Shown here piece by piece: positions 49,889 through 61,594 of a stretch of DNA of 64,000 bases. The stretch's first letter is position 1, and the number at the start of each line of letters is the position of its first letter. The position numbers and the translations under genes were made by a program. Source of the DNA: Psilocybe cubensis (taxonomy: Eukaryota); contig CM039009.1 of assembly GCA_017499595.2 (NCBI GenBank), positions 62,001 through 126,000 of the forward strand, written 5' to 3'. The notes under the pieces are model-generated. The model searched no databases, was not told the DNA's origin, and was given only the letters and a program-made list of their open reading frames with translations.

Positions 49889-52800
49889 TCAAAGTCGCCG
49901 TCGTTTAGAAGGCGGAACAGACTCTGATTCTGATGAAGAGATAAGCATTTGCGACGTAAAGGCATAATCGAACACACGTACTCGGATTTGTGCTCTCCAG
50001 CTTGACTTTCATGCCATCCAGATACAGTTTATCCCTCACACTCGTACCAAGTTCCAGAATCTCCTTGGGAGTTCCTAGTTTGTGACGTGGTTAGTGAATA
50101 TCCAAAGGCAGACACTGGTCCACCTACTCAATTGCGTTGAGGAATCCGCACAGGCATCACAGTCAATGAGAGTGATTACGGGTAACTTGAGCATCTTTGG
50201 GACCGAGGAACGAGGAAGCTGGTCGATACTGCGACATATAACCTTGTTCAATTCTCCGCTGCAGACGCCCTGAAGCTGGACAAAAAGCAAACTGGTGTCG
50301 GTACAGCAAGGGGCACCACCAATGTTGTTATGTTTGGCTTCTGCGTCGTAGGCTAGAATCATACGGGCATAGCGGCAAAGTATCATTTCATGGAACTTTT
50401 CTGTCGCCATGATATTTTGTGCATCCTTGTTTTTGTCCGTCTCAATCATGTAGTGGATGGACTTCGTGCGATGACATAGCCACTCTAGAATAGCCAAGGC
50501 TTCGCCACGGGCAAAGATGCACGCCTTGCGCTCTTCGTCGCTCAGGCTGTTGGTATCCCACCGCATCCATGCGTCTAACTGTGCCGAAGTCTTGGTGGAG
50601 AACATCTGATCGGGATTTCGATAGGTCTCGTAGTCGAGCGCATTTGCCAAGATCATGCACACGCACAGAGCTATCAAGCTCGAGTATCCGGACTGCGTAC
50701 TGTAGAATGGGACATGGTACATTTCATAAAAATCTGAGAGAAAATAGAAGAAAAGAATCAGATATCTTGTAGGAAACGGTAAAAAACCTCATACCTTCTG
50801 GGTCGCTGTCACCTTCAACCAAAACCTTGTAGAACCAATGTATGGTTTGCTGCAGGAAAAATCGGGACGTTGAATGATTCGTATTCGTTGCCCTGTATCC
50901 AGCGGTAAAACAGTGAATGATTCCTGTCAGGGTTTCTTCGAAGGAAGTGGAGGAGTAAAAATGTCCGCCACGGCAAACCACTGAGGAGATAGAATACGCC
51001 ATATGTAGAGTATTCGGTCTCATGAAGCTGTTTTTCAAAGTAGCGTCAATATAATCAAATGGGTAGGACATTCAAAAATCACATACAGTTCTGACTGGTT
51101 ATCGAGAACAATCGCCTCGTAAATCCAGTCTTGGTGGTGCGTTTCCCCGTAATCCAGCTTGTCTCCTAGAAATACACGGCGGTCAGAAGAAAGGTCAACA
51201 TCCAACCGTCTGGGATACATGATAATCCACAGCTTCAGTCCATGAAGAGGTTGGATGAAGGAACAGAAACCATTGGCATCGATATGGATATCTGAAAATG
51301 CCCCCTCTGTAGCTACGAGTCCCCATGACATATCACCAAATGGGACGGGGGTACTATACTTCCAGCTACCAGATGTAGCCCGAAGAGCAGCCGCCTCAGT
51401 ACTCAAGTCAAAAGAGTGAGCGCCTGCATGAGGTAAAGGGATGTCGAGGGCATTGAGGATCTTTCCTCTTTTGCCTTTCATCCTCGCTGCTTCCATGACC
51501 TGAGAGAGGGACCCACGCTTAATCCTCTCGATGGGGTTAGACGACATGGTCGACATATCTGTTACGGCCATTAGCATGAGACGCAGAAAGAAAAATCAAA
51601 ACATCGAAGAGGAAACACACCTTGGATTGACCTGGTGCTCGTCATATCACCCATATGGCGACGTACCTGGCTGTAGAACTCGTCGGAGCAAGTTGAAATA
51701 GACTCCTCTTGAGAAGGAGACATAAGGACGACGTTCCTTTCAGAGAAAGACTCCATCAGATACATGGATTTCGTGGTGCTGCGGTCGAATACCGCAAAAC
51801 ATGATTCTTCGGGACGTGCTATGTGCAATGGAACTCCATCGACGTAGTCACTCTCGACCAATTCCAGAACCCTTTCAATACGATCCACGTCGGCTTGACT
51901 CTTGTTTGGAGAATAAATAAATGACGAAAAAATCAATATCGAGAATGACTTACATGGGCAACAACGCAGAAACTTTTAAGTTGGCCACGACCGTTGTAGG
52001 TGGACCAAACTTTGGTGCCATACACCTTCTCCGGAGTGCTGACGACATCAAGGGTGGTGTTGCTGTCGTACAGATCGACATCAATACACAGGTCGTCGTC
52101 CGAATCAAATGTGTCGGTAGCCTGCGTCGGCTTGCGTTTGGGAGGCCGCTTGGAAAGGCCCTGCCGGCCCTTCCCTTTCCCTTTCTGAGAGGAGTCAGCC
52201 GTGGTGTTTTTGCTCCTGTTTATCTGGGAAACAGGAGGAATCCTCAAAATAAGAGGAGCAGGAGGTGCGTTCTCCCCCTCCTTTTCGCCTTGGCTGTCTT
52301 CCAATGTATTCCTCTCCATGTCTGAGGAATCATTGTTTTGCTCTGGGCCTACCCCCTCTCCATCGACCGACATTCTGTCCTCCTGGACTGGTGGAACATC
52401 CCCTTGCCCCTGCTTCTCGGTCTCATTGTCCGACGAACTGTCGTCTGGCCTTTCCTCCTCACCATCTTCTGACATTCGGTTCTCCTCGTCGGGTCGTTCT
52501 CCGTCTTGCCCCTGCTTTTCGCCCTCGTGAACTTCCGACATACGATTTGCCTCGTCAGAAGACCCTTCAGCTCCTTGTCCAGCCCCGCCGTCTCCCAAAT
52601 TTTCTGGACCATTGGTATGTGGACCATCCTCTATTTGATGGTCGACATCAGCTTGCTCCGGATCGACGTTCATCTCACAATCCCCTGCAGTTGAGGGCCC
52701 AGTATTCTCAGTCTGAAGTAGACCAGATCCAATATCATCACTCCGCGGCAAACCAGGTTGCTCGTCCGTGGGCACATCCTTGCCAGCCACCGAAGATGTG

Positions 52801-54452
52801 TCTTCCGGAGGCTGTATATCTGAGGTAGGGACCGTATTGTCCCCGTTCTCCTGTTGACCCATGCTGACATCCTTGCCAGCCACTGAAGACGTGTCTTCCG
52901 GAGGCTGTATATTTGAGGTAGGGACCGTATTGTCCCCGTTCTCCCGTTGACCCATGCTGACCATTTCCGTCGTGTCCACTTCGTGATCATCGTCACCCTC
53001 CGCGTCTGCGTCGGACCCTTCACAGGTGGTTTTTTCACCATGATGGGAAACGGTCTGAAGTTGAGCTGTTTTAAACGGATTTAAATCATGTAATTGACGC
53101 AGACTTTGCTTATAACTTACCGTGTGGTTCAGTGCTGCGCCTTGCTAGGTTAGAATTTGCTGTAACCTCGGCGCTGCTCGTTGACGCTGGCCAATTATTA
53201 GTTTAAATTGTTATTTTGTTACAGTACGTAGAACACACATATGAAAAAGTGAAACGCGGGATCTTGTGCAATTACCCGCTCGCATTCCATCCAGCAGTCT
53301 GAGATAACAAGTTTATATAAGGCTGACTGGATGTCGCAATTTTGCGCTGCAATGATTTTCCAAATTTCCATCTCCACTTCACGCAGAACACGGCGGCGAC
53401 AATTACCGAGCGCTTTTGAGGCCTAAAGGAGTGCGTTAATCCAAGTTAAACTGGGAGGATGTGGATACACCTACTTTAAGCAGCTGCTCCCGGTCACATT
53501 TCTTAGAATACCAAGATTTATTCACAAAAAGAAGGATGGGGGATATGAAAAGGGCGACATGCAGAGGAATTTTTAAATGAGATGGCGTGACCTCTGAGAG
53601 GAACAACGCAGCATCAGGATGGCCGCTTGCACTAGGGTATGTTGAGCAGATTGTATCAATGAATAGAGGAAAGAAAACTTACTAGAGATTTGCAAGAGTA
53701 GCCGTGTCCGTTGGAATGTCTGGTAGAACGTGTTCATCGTCCTTCATACCGCGCATTCCTGACAAGATTTGGTAGTGTAGCGAGGCGCAGTACACATTCC
53801 CGATTATTTTCCCCACAACACCCTTGAAGTGGTTACGCGCCAGACAGAGTAATAGCGTTGATTCCGAGGGCCCGCCCTGGGTGAAAGCGGATGACGGCGT
53901 GTCACTGATAGAAGGGGTGTTGATGTTTCTGTGCAACTTAGAGTCGGCTCTGAGGATGCGCTTCCTGGCAGAGCAGAGCATTGCCGGCCAGTCCTTCAAG
54001 TCATCTACAAGCTACAATAATTGTTTGAAAATTAAGAATTAACATTGAGTGACTTCATGATCGCATACCTTGAACCGTGAAAATATTTCCTTAGTTCCTG
54101 TGCTGGCCTGTATTTCATTCAGGGGCACGGTCACCGGCAACGATGGTCCAAAGGCTGCTGGCCACAACGCTACGAGATCGAGTAGACGGTATGCTGCAAA
54201 TAAGCTACCCGCCTGCTCCCATGTAGCCGAGGTTACGCAGGGTGTCTCTACGATGCTGTTCTGAAGGGCAGCCAAGCTTTGCCTATACTTGATGGCCGCT
54301 CGCATGCTCGATGATGAAACATCGTAATTCAAAAAGGTGAAGTCCTCATATCGTCGGAGGAAATCCACCATCCTCTACAGAAACTTGATATTAGTACCAT
54401 AAATGGCAATCCAATTAAGACCTACGCGGAGTGGGTGCGACTCTGGCAACAT
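49889..54452 (-). CDS. Large multi-exon JmjC-domain 2-oxoglutarate/Fe(II) dioxygenase with acidic disordered linker (element cargo)
   Basis: WGLVATEGAFSDIHIDANGFCSFIQPLHGLKLWII (HxD) and FMRPNTLHMAY...CRGGHFY (distal H); 93-bp internal tandem repeat at ~52775-52960; C-terminal PSKRRRL NLS-like. The exon joining and the 5' end are inferred. Confidence 0.75.
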
Positions 54453-54741
54453 GTTTTCCAGAGTCTGACGAACGACCTGCGTTTCGAAGGGAAACGCCAG
54501 AATTTCTTCAGCTTGGAGTCGGGCAACGGGGGAAATCTTCTGGGCTTGCACTACAAAACTTCAACGTCTCACCCTGCATTCTATTTCTTTGGGTACTTAC
54601 TTTTTTTTGTGTGTTTTTTTCTGGTGTCTCAAATTTTCAACTAGATGAATTTTAACTGAACGAAAACTATTATAGAGTGTCTAGAGTATTGTCTATGTCT
54701 ATTTTATTAGAATGTATGTTAAATCTATGGGGAGGGGTACT

Positions 54742-55008
54742 ACGCTATGACGAACGGAAAGAAAAACAATCAAGTTGGAAACACACTATTTCCGGAGCGA
54801 TTCTTTAGGGTAGGTTTCCCGTCCTGAAGTCACGAGTTGGTTAAAAAAACGCCCCCTTACATCAGCCGCATCACGGTGATGCGGCTGATGTAAGGGGGCG
54901 TTTTTTTAACCAACTCGTGACTTCAGGACGGGAAACCTACCCTAAAGAATCGCTCCGGAAATAGCGTGTTTCTCACCATATGTTTTCTCTTTCCGTTCAT
55001 CATAGCGT
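54742..55008. repeat. Long perfect palindrome centred on 54875
   Basis: 54786-54874 is the exact reverse complement of 54876-54964 (89-bp arms, 1-nt spacer: CATCAC-G-GTGATG); degenerate pairing continues out to 54742/55008. Confidence 0.95.
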
Positions 55009-55112
55009 CTTATCATAGTAATAGGTTGTGTAGTATCTAAAAATAAATTATCACAAGTTAAGATGATAAATTAAGTGAGATGAACATCGATTAACAGTCT
55101 TTAAGACCCACA

Positions 55113-57472
55113 ATGTCTAGTTATAAACGCAGACGACTTGACAGCCTAGGCAACCGCACAGTGTGTACTAATCCAACCCTCCATCTAATCACTAACTTCA
55201 GGGAAATTTAATTATGATCTCAAAAAATCAGGACATTAATCCCTTCATAGACATTGAAGCAGCGGTTTCCGATGATGATGAAAGTTCGGAAGAGCTTGAT
55301 TATGAAGGGGGCCAACTACGTATGTTCCAATAATTTACATATATTCTGCTCAATATGTACTGATGCTAATGGGTTCTGACATACAGTGAATGATAACGAT
55401 GAATACTCTGAGGATGAGGAACGTGTTGCACACTCTCGGCTATATCATGCCATGCAAAATACAGATAACGCTGATGAATGGAGCGATTTGTTGCCCATGC
55501 TTCTGCCTTCACGCATGAAAATTCGTCCTGACAATGATATAGAGCCATCTAGTTCACGAGAACTTATACAGAAATATGGCAATCCCCAACCAGGAGGACT
55601 TGGTGATAATAATTATATGCCTTCCGCGACTGATATCATGTATGAAATAGGTTGCAAGGTACGCAAAAATAATATAAGTCTTCAGTCAGCATTTATTGAT
55701 CACCTTACGAGTGATAGGTTGGACGCGAAGAGGCCGTCGCTTTCAAAATTATGCAGATGTCAACGAACCCTACATTTCCCATCATCCTTGCCCGGTCTGT
55801 CTTCGCTCAATCCTCAATTCCTGGGAGAATCTACGTCGAGGCGCCATCAATGCAACATGCGCATACGTTAGCCTGCCTCGTTAGAGAGCTTAATCCGACA
55901 CATTTAGTTAGGCTATCCTTGGAGAGATGTATGGAGATCCTATCTCATCCCCCACCCTCACGCCCTGAAGACCAATCGTGGGTCAAGGTTGCTGGAAAGC
56001 GTAAGGCTTGGACGACCTACGCAAATGCTACCGGCCTTGTGTTCACATTCCAGGGTCGGAAAAGTGTTGTTCTTATCCCCAGACCTCCGGACAACATCAA
56101 GAAATCGCACCTCGACAGGATATTCCAGGATGGATTTATTATCACGGATTTCGACGCCATCGATCTCAAATATCTTTCCAATGTCCTCCCAACATCGTCC
56201 GAGTTGGAGCAATTTTGCGAGTGTCCATTTGTAACGACGGAGACCTTAGCGCAAGCCTCGAAAGCCATCTCCATGACTCGACTGAAACGATATAATCGAG
56301 TCAAAATTATTGGTGGAGAATACTTAGGTCTTTTTGGAACGGTCAAGAGTGTTTCTGACGCTGAGGTGGAAGTGCACATCCCCTCCCAAGGTATAACACA
56401 AGCAGTTGCACTACACGATCTACGTGCAGCTTTCCAGATAGGCAATAGTGTTGAAGTCGTTGAAGGGGATCACAAAGATCTCCATGGATGGGTGTCAGAC
56501 TTTGATGGAAGATCTGTTTGTATTATCGCCCCAGAGCACGAACGCGAAGTAGGTGAACTGTCATTCTCTTTGTCTCAGTAGTGTTCAACACATTTTTCAG
56601 GTCATTGTGCCCATCCACACAGTCATATTCTACGTCCCCCCTGCCCATGCTACTCTTCGCCCGCGAAAGCGTCATTCGTCAAAGCTTGGAGAAAGAGACC
56701 ACAACGACGTCTATATAGGTTTGAGTGTCATCGTTGTCGGGAATAATACATTCAAGGGGTACTATGGCATCGTTAAAAGCACTACCCCCGACGGCTTTGC
56801 AGACGTTGAGCTGGAAGCTCGTAACCAGAGGGTGGAACGTATTAAAATATCACATTTAATTATACAGTATGTGGTTTCACTTGATTCGTTGACTGTCAGG
56901 TGCTTACTGACATTGTTTCAAGCAACCGAGAACATATAAATTCCGCTCAAGACCCCGGGCCTTCTGGTGGAGCAACTCCAATGCCGTCCACAGTAGCAAG
57001 TTTTCTGTCTCCTGCATGGAATCCGTATTCAGCAATACCTGTACACTCGGCGGTGGAAATCGCAGAACTACCCTCAACCGTCGCTCACTGGCTAGATACG
57101 AAATACGATAAGCTGAAAGGATTACGATTAAAAGTCGTAGACAAATCCAAGGGCGACCATCAAGTGGCGATGGAACTTCTCAGCCTTACCGACGATACTG
57201 CCCACCTAGCATTACTGGGACGTACACTGACATTACCGAAATCAGTGTTGTTTCCAATTCATCCTGTAAAAAAGGACGACTTCGTTACACCGCTTGAGGG
57301 CGATTCAATGGGGATTATATTCAGGATACGATCAATAGACAAGGATATTTGCGTTGTACATAAATATCCCGTTACTCGTATGAAACGCGGTGATACATTC
57401 CCAACTTTTCCGACAACATCTTTGATTCAAATCTTCCCCCCGTCCCGTGGTGTCAAAGTTGTAAATATGTAG
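55113..57472 (+). CDS. Spt5-like NGN + multiple-KOW protein (element cargo), multi-exon
   Basis: KRRR...INPFIDIEAAVSDDDE acidic N-terminus, YEIGCK/VGREEAVAF and SVFAQSSIPGRIYVEA (NGN), KOW motifs RVKIIGGEYLGLFGTV, SVEVVEGDHKDLHGWV and SVIVVGNNTFKGYYGIV, plus GATP...SPAWNP. Confidence 0.8.
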
Positions 57473-57639
57473 GGTGCAGCATTACTTGTATCTCGAACAC
57501 GGACTTGTAGACATATACGGGTTTTATGTCATTCTATTTAAGTGTATTTCGGCAATCAACAGTGCTAATGGTTCGTAATGTGTTGATCGTCTTGAACTTA
57601 AGCCACCACCACCACACCAAATTGTTGCCTATCTTTATC

Positions 57640-57995
57640 ATGAACCATTCCAATAGCAACAACGCTTCGCAACCTCAAAGTCGCCGCCTCCCTAGCATAC
57701 CCGAAGAGGCAGAGTTCTTCGTTTTAGGTCTATTTTCATGTTTTAATCCACCTTCCTCTAGAATCAAGGCATAGAGGCCGTTAAAAAGGCTCTTGACCAA
57801 TTTCAACTCACTGAACAGAGGTGTCTAGAAGTTCAGGCAGAGCTACGTTGTTATATGGACGACATTATGCGAGCATATAAATCCAATGAAGATCTTCTGT
57901 TTGAAACCCAGCTCGAAATCGCCCGTCTACGGGTATCCCTCATTAGTCGGGGAATACCTATTCTAATGCACCCTCAGGATAATCCGCGATCATGA
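57640..57995 (+). CDS. Small coiled-coil hypothetical protein (element cargo)
   Basis: MNHSNSNN...IPEEAE plus a downstream frame GIEAVKKALDQFQLTEQRCLEVQAEL...; the splice junction is uncertain. Confidence 0.4.
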
Positions 57996-58266
57996 TAGGT
58001 GCAGTCTTTTCCCCTCTGAGATGTAACTTTACTTAACTCTAAGTAGGACATGGAATCTGACTATAATGTATATGTGATATATTGTAGTAGATAGGGGTAC
58101 TGTTTCAGTACCTGTAATTTCTATATGGCACGATATATTTTTGACTGATGTCCGTCGCCTTAAATTTTGAAAAGAGGCTAATTTCGCATACCTCCGGATC
58201 GTAGCTTGACATAATTCACCACCCCTTATCTCTATTTCTGCATTACAACCGTCAAACCAGCCCAAT

Positions 58267-61008
58267 ATGCCACCTAAAGGATCCAAAAAGAAAAAGGCGG
58301 TTGTCAATGCCACGGTTGAAGGTATCATCTATATATCCTCATTACATCCGCATACTTAATGTTTTATCCATCTAGGACAAGAGGTTGAACAGGGTCCGAG
58401 CTCCGTGGCAGAAAACGAGCCACCTCAGGCTCCTGAAGCAGGTCTGTACTAGCATTTTCTTTGTTGAGATTCACTGAACTCCTTATTAAAAAGACCCCAA
58501 TGGCCGTCCTATCCGAAGCACCCGTGGTCTTGGTGGAGTAAATGCTCGGCAGGAGAAAACATCTAACATCATTTTTATTGACTTCGAGAAGGCTGGGAAG
58601 AGGAAGTCAAGGGCCGCCAATGTGGATACTAGCGCCATGCCTGAAAATGAGATGGCGCCTCCCTTGAAGAAAACTCGCAATGGGGTGAGTCTACTGTTCT
58701 AATCTTAAATTTGCTATCTTCCAAGCACATCTAGGTTACCGTTGTGCCGCATGTAGGTCCCCCTATTCAAATGCAACCAAGGCCAACGCCTTCAGTTGCT
58801 CCTTGGGATGTCCAACAAGTCCAACCAAGCCCACGACAATCTCAGGGTGCCCCCCCTCCTGTCCAGATCCAACGTGCAGCTCAGAGAAATCAGGAGCACT
58901 CAGAGCTTGATCATGCTGTCCAAAGACCCACTGCCCCCATCCAGCGCCCCGCTGCTCCGGTACAACAGCCAGCACATCCTGTCCCGCGCCCCGTACAACA
59001 TGCAGCACATCCTGTCCCGCGCCCTGTACAACACGCAGCAAATCCTGTTCAGCGTTACGCTGCCCCTGCGGTAGAGAATTCTGTCCAATACTACGATGCC
59101 CCCGTACAACAACCAGTGCATCCTGTAACACAACATGCCCCCATACAACAGCCAGTGCATCCAGCAGCCTATAACGCCCACCAAGAGGCTAGCATCAGCC
59201 ATCAAGACGAGGAGGAGCAACAAGATTACGAAGGCATAGAGCAGGAGGAAGATGAGGAGGAGGAAGAGGGGGATAGTGACGGTGAAAGGCGATCTGAGGA
59301 AGCATCAGGGGACGAATGCATGCAAGGAATTGATGAAGAGAATATTGGGGATGAAGAAGCTCTCCAATATGTCGACGGTGATGAAGGTTACGACGACGCG
59401 GGTCAAGATGATGAAGAGCCTGCTGCCCAGCGTTGGTTTAACTCCACCTTTATGTCGTGTTTGCTTACCACCTATGTTTGACAGTGGTTGATGAAGTTTC
59501 CGATGATGAAGAGGAGAGGAGAGCAAGGGCATTGCTCCGCCAGCCTTCCCCCCATGTAATCATTTCTCTGCTGTATTTAATGTCTAGCTAATGTATTATT
59601 GATATAGGTTGTGGAAGTAGAGGATGTTCTTCAAGAACACCGTCGTCGTAATCGGGCGAACAAGCCACCTCGCCCTGAGGCATTGCGCAAGGCGGCTGTT
59701 TCGCAAGGAGCCGTATCCCAAGGTTTGACAAGGGAGAACAACGAAGCATCTGACGATGATGAGGTGCTTGGTGAGGCACACATCGCTCATAAGAAGTCCA
59801 GTACTTCTTCTGCTAGGGAAGTATCCAAGCATTCAGTTGCATCCTTTACTGGTTACTGGAAAGATGTGCTCAAAATTGCACGCAAACTGATGTGCCTGTA
59901 TGTAGTAGAGGAGGTCCCCTTTCCCACTCGGGAAAATCACTTATTAGTCGCCGATGGATGTGTGAAGATGGCAGTAACCGTGTTTGAAAGAATGAACACG
60001 GATAAAGTGTTGCCTGATAGTAAGTTCTGTCTTCTGTGATTTTAGTTAATTGGTTTACATAACTTTGCAGAGAAAAAAATGCTCCTAGACAGGAATACCG
60101 CCGTAACGGTATATTTTTAGCGTGTTCTTTTAAGGATATCGTACTAACGTGTCTGTTCTCATTAGGCATTTGTCTACGCGTCAACCTTCCGGGGAAGACT
60201 GAAGACGATGATCAGACCCCTGGTCAAAAATGCGTATGGCCTCGAAGTCCCGTCGGAGGTCATCGCCGCGAACCCCAATATGTTTGAAAATCAGATGGGG
60301 GAGATCGAATACATCAAGGACAGGGTAGCATATTGGCTACTCAATGGTAAATACCACCGGGGTGTTGCCAAAACCCGAGTGAGTTCGCCGTCCATTTTAC
60401 CTGGCTTACCACTCATTGATTTGTTTCCAGTATCACGATGTCCCATTTGGACATCCTTTTGTGAAGAAGATCTGTCTGGACTTCTTCTACCATCCTACAA
60501 AAGGGGTTGCAGTCCCCATCAAAGGTCTGGAGACAAAGACGGATTTCTTCAAGACATCGCTTCCCCACAAAGCATTTGCGCTTGTGGCCAGTTGTGTAGT
60601 TCTGATTTCTCTCCTGCTATTGGCACTGCCTTGCTAACAAGCATTTTGCTGTAGATCCACAACTGTCTTGAGGAGTGGAGGGATGGGATTGACCCTGCAA
60701 GAGGTGGTCCGTGTTCGGGTATTGAATTCAAGGGAGAGGAGTACTCCCTGAGGTATGATGCCTGCATGTTGGTTGCAGCAGAGGCAGAGAAGGATACCTT
60801 GAACCAAGGTCCTCGCTTGGCTCGCTTATGTAGGGAAGTGGCTGAGGAAGGATGGTGTGTATCTTTTTTTATTCATTTCTTTCTTTGCATCATTTAGATC
60901 TCCATAATCAGTGCTATTATGAGGCCTACGAAGAACCCCCCCAACCCTTATAGGATGACTCTCCATTCTATCCCACAGGAGGAACTAGATTACGGTCCAG
61001 AAGGGTAG
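58267..61008 (+). CDS. Multi-exon nuclear protein, probable DUF6532-type, with P/Q-rich and acidic regions (element cargo)
   Basis: MPPKGSKKKK start, PVQ/HPV repeats, then YWKDVLKIARKLM..Y...EVPFP, STFRGRLK...RPLV..AYGL, PFGHPFV, FALVASC/IHNCLEEW.DG; many GT-AG introns. Confidence 0.7.
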
Positions 61009-61276
61009 TTGGGTGAATGAGCGGGGCAGCTGCCGGGTGTGGATTAGAAGATACCATATTTAGATCGTCACGTATTAATAGTTATGCATCTACTAATAGA
61101 AACATGTTTGGTCCGATCCAAACATAGATTATCTATTTTTAAAATTGCCCATTTTAGTCAAAAATGGTTCGGTTTTCAGTGTGATATTGGCACTTGCAGG
61201 AATAGCCACACAACACTATACAAATGAAAGTGGATACTATATATGCCTTTGTACCTATTTGCAGTGTGTTATGATG

Positions 61277-61368
61277 TGCTACAAATCTGTGGTAGCATGC
61301 TACAAATCTGTGGTAGCATGCTACAAATCTGTGGTAGCATGCTACAAATCTGTGGTAGTATGCTACAA
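61277..61368. repeat. Subterminal tandem array, 4.4 x 21-bp TGCTACAAATCTGTGGTAGCA
   Basis: Units at 61277, 61298, 61319, 61340 and a partial one at 61361; each unit is itself TGCTAC...GTAGCA. Confidence 0.9.
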
Positions 61369-61594
61369 TTTGTATGTCAGTTGTATACAGAGGGGTATGG
61401 ACCATGGTAAGCATGCTACACGCCGCTACACAGCACTCGCGTTACAATACAGATCACTACAGAGTACCATGTCACGTTGGTACCAAGCTACAGGTACATC
61501 AGTGTGTGTTACCCAAATGGGACCGTTACTATGGGCACTACAGAATTACGTATCACTACGGATCATTACCTACTTGGCCCCGGTATTGCTGATG

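Larger units (their letters stand above)
43321..61594. mobile_element. Giant (18,274 bp) Plavaka-transposase DNA transposon with multi-gene cargo
   Basis: Left end CATCAGTAAATCCGG, right end reverse complement CATCAGCAATACCGG (12/15 match). 2-bp TSD CA (43319-20, 61595-96). Removing the insert restores the integrase frame ...YLREIV-WWHSLAK... Confidence 0.9.

Noticed and set aside
61277-61368. Possible CRISPR-like array
   Set aside because: Head-to-tail repeats with no unique spacers, eukaryotic context, no cas genes.
43321-61594. Starship, Helitron or endogenous virus interpretation of the insert
   Set aside because: No tyrosine recombinase captain, Rep/helicase, polymerase or capsid motifs seen; TIRs, 2-bp TSD and a Plavaka transposase fit a cut-and-paste element.
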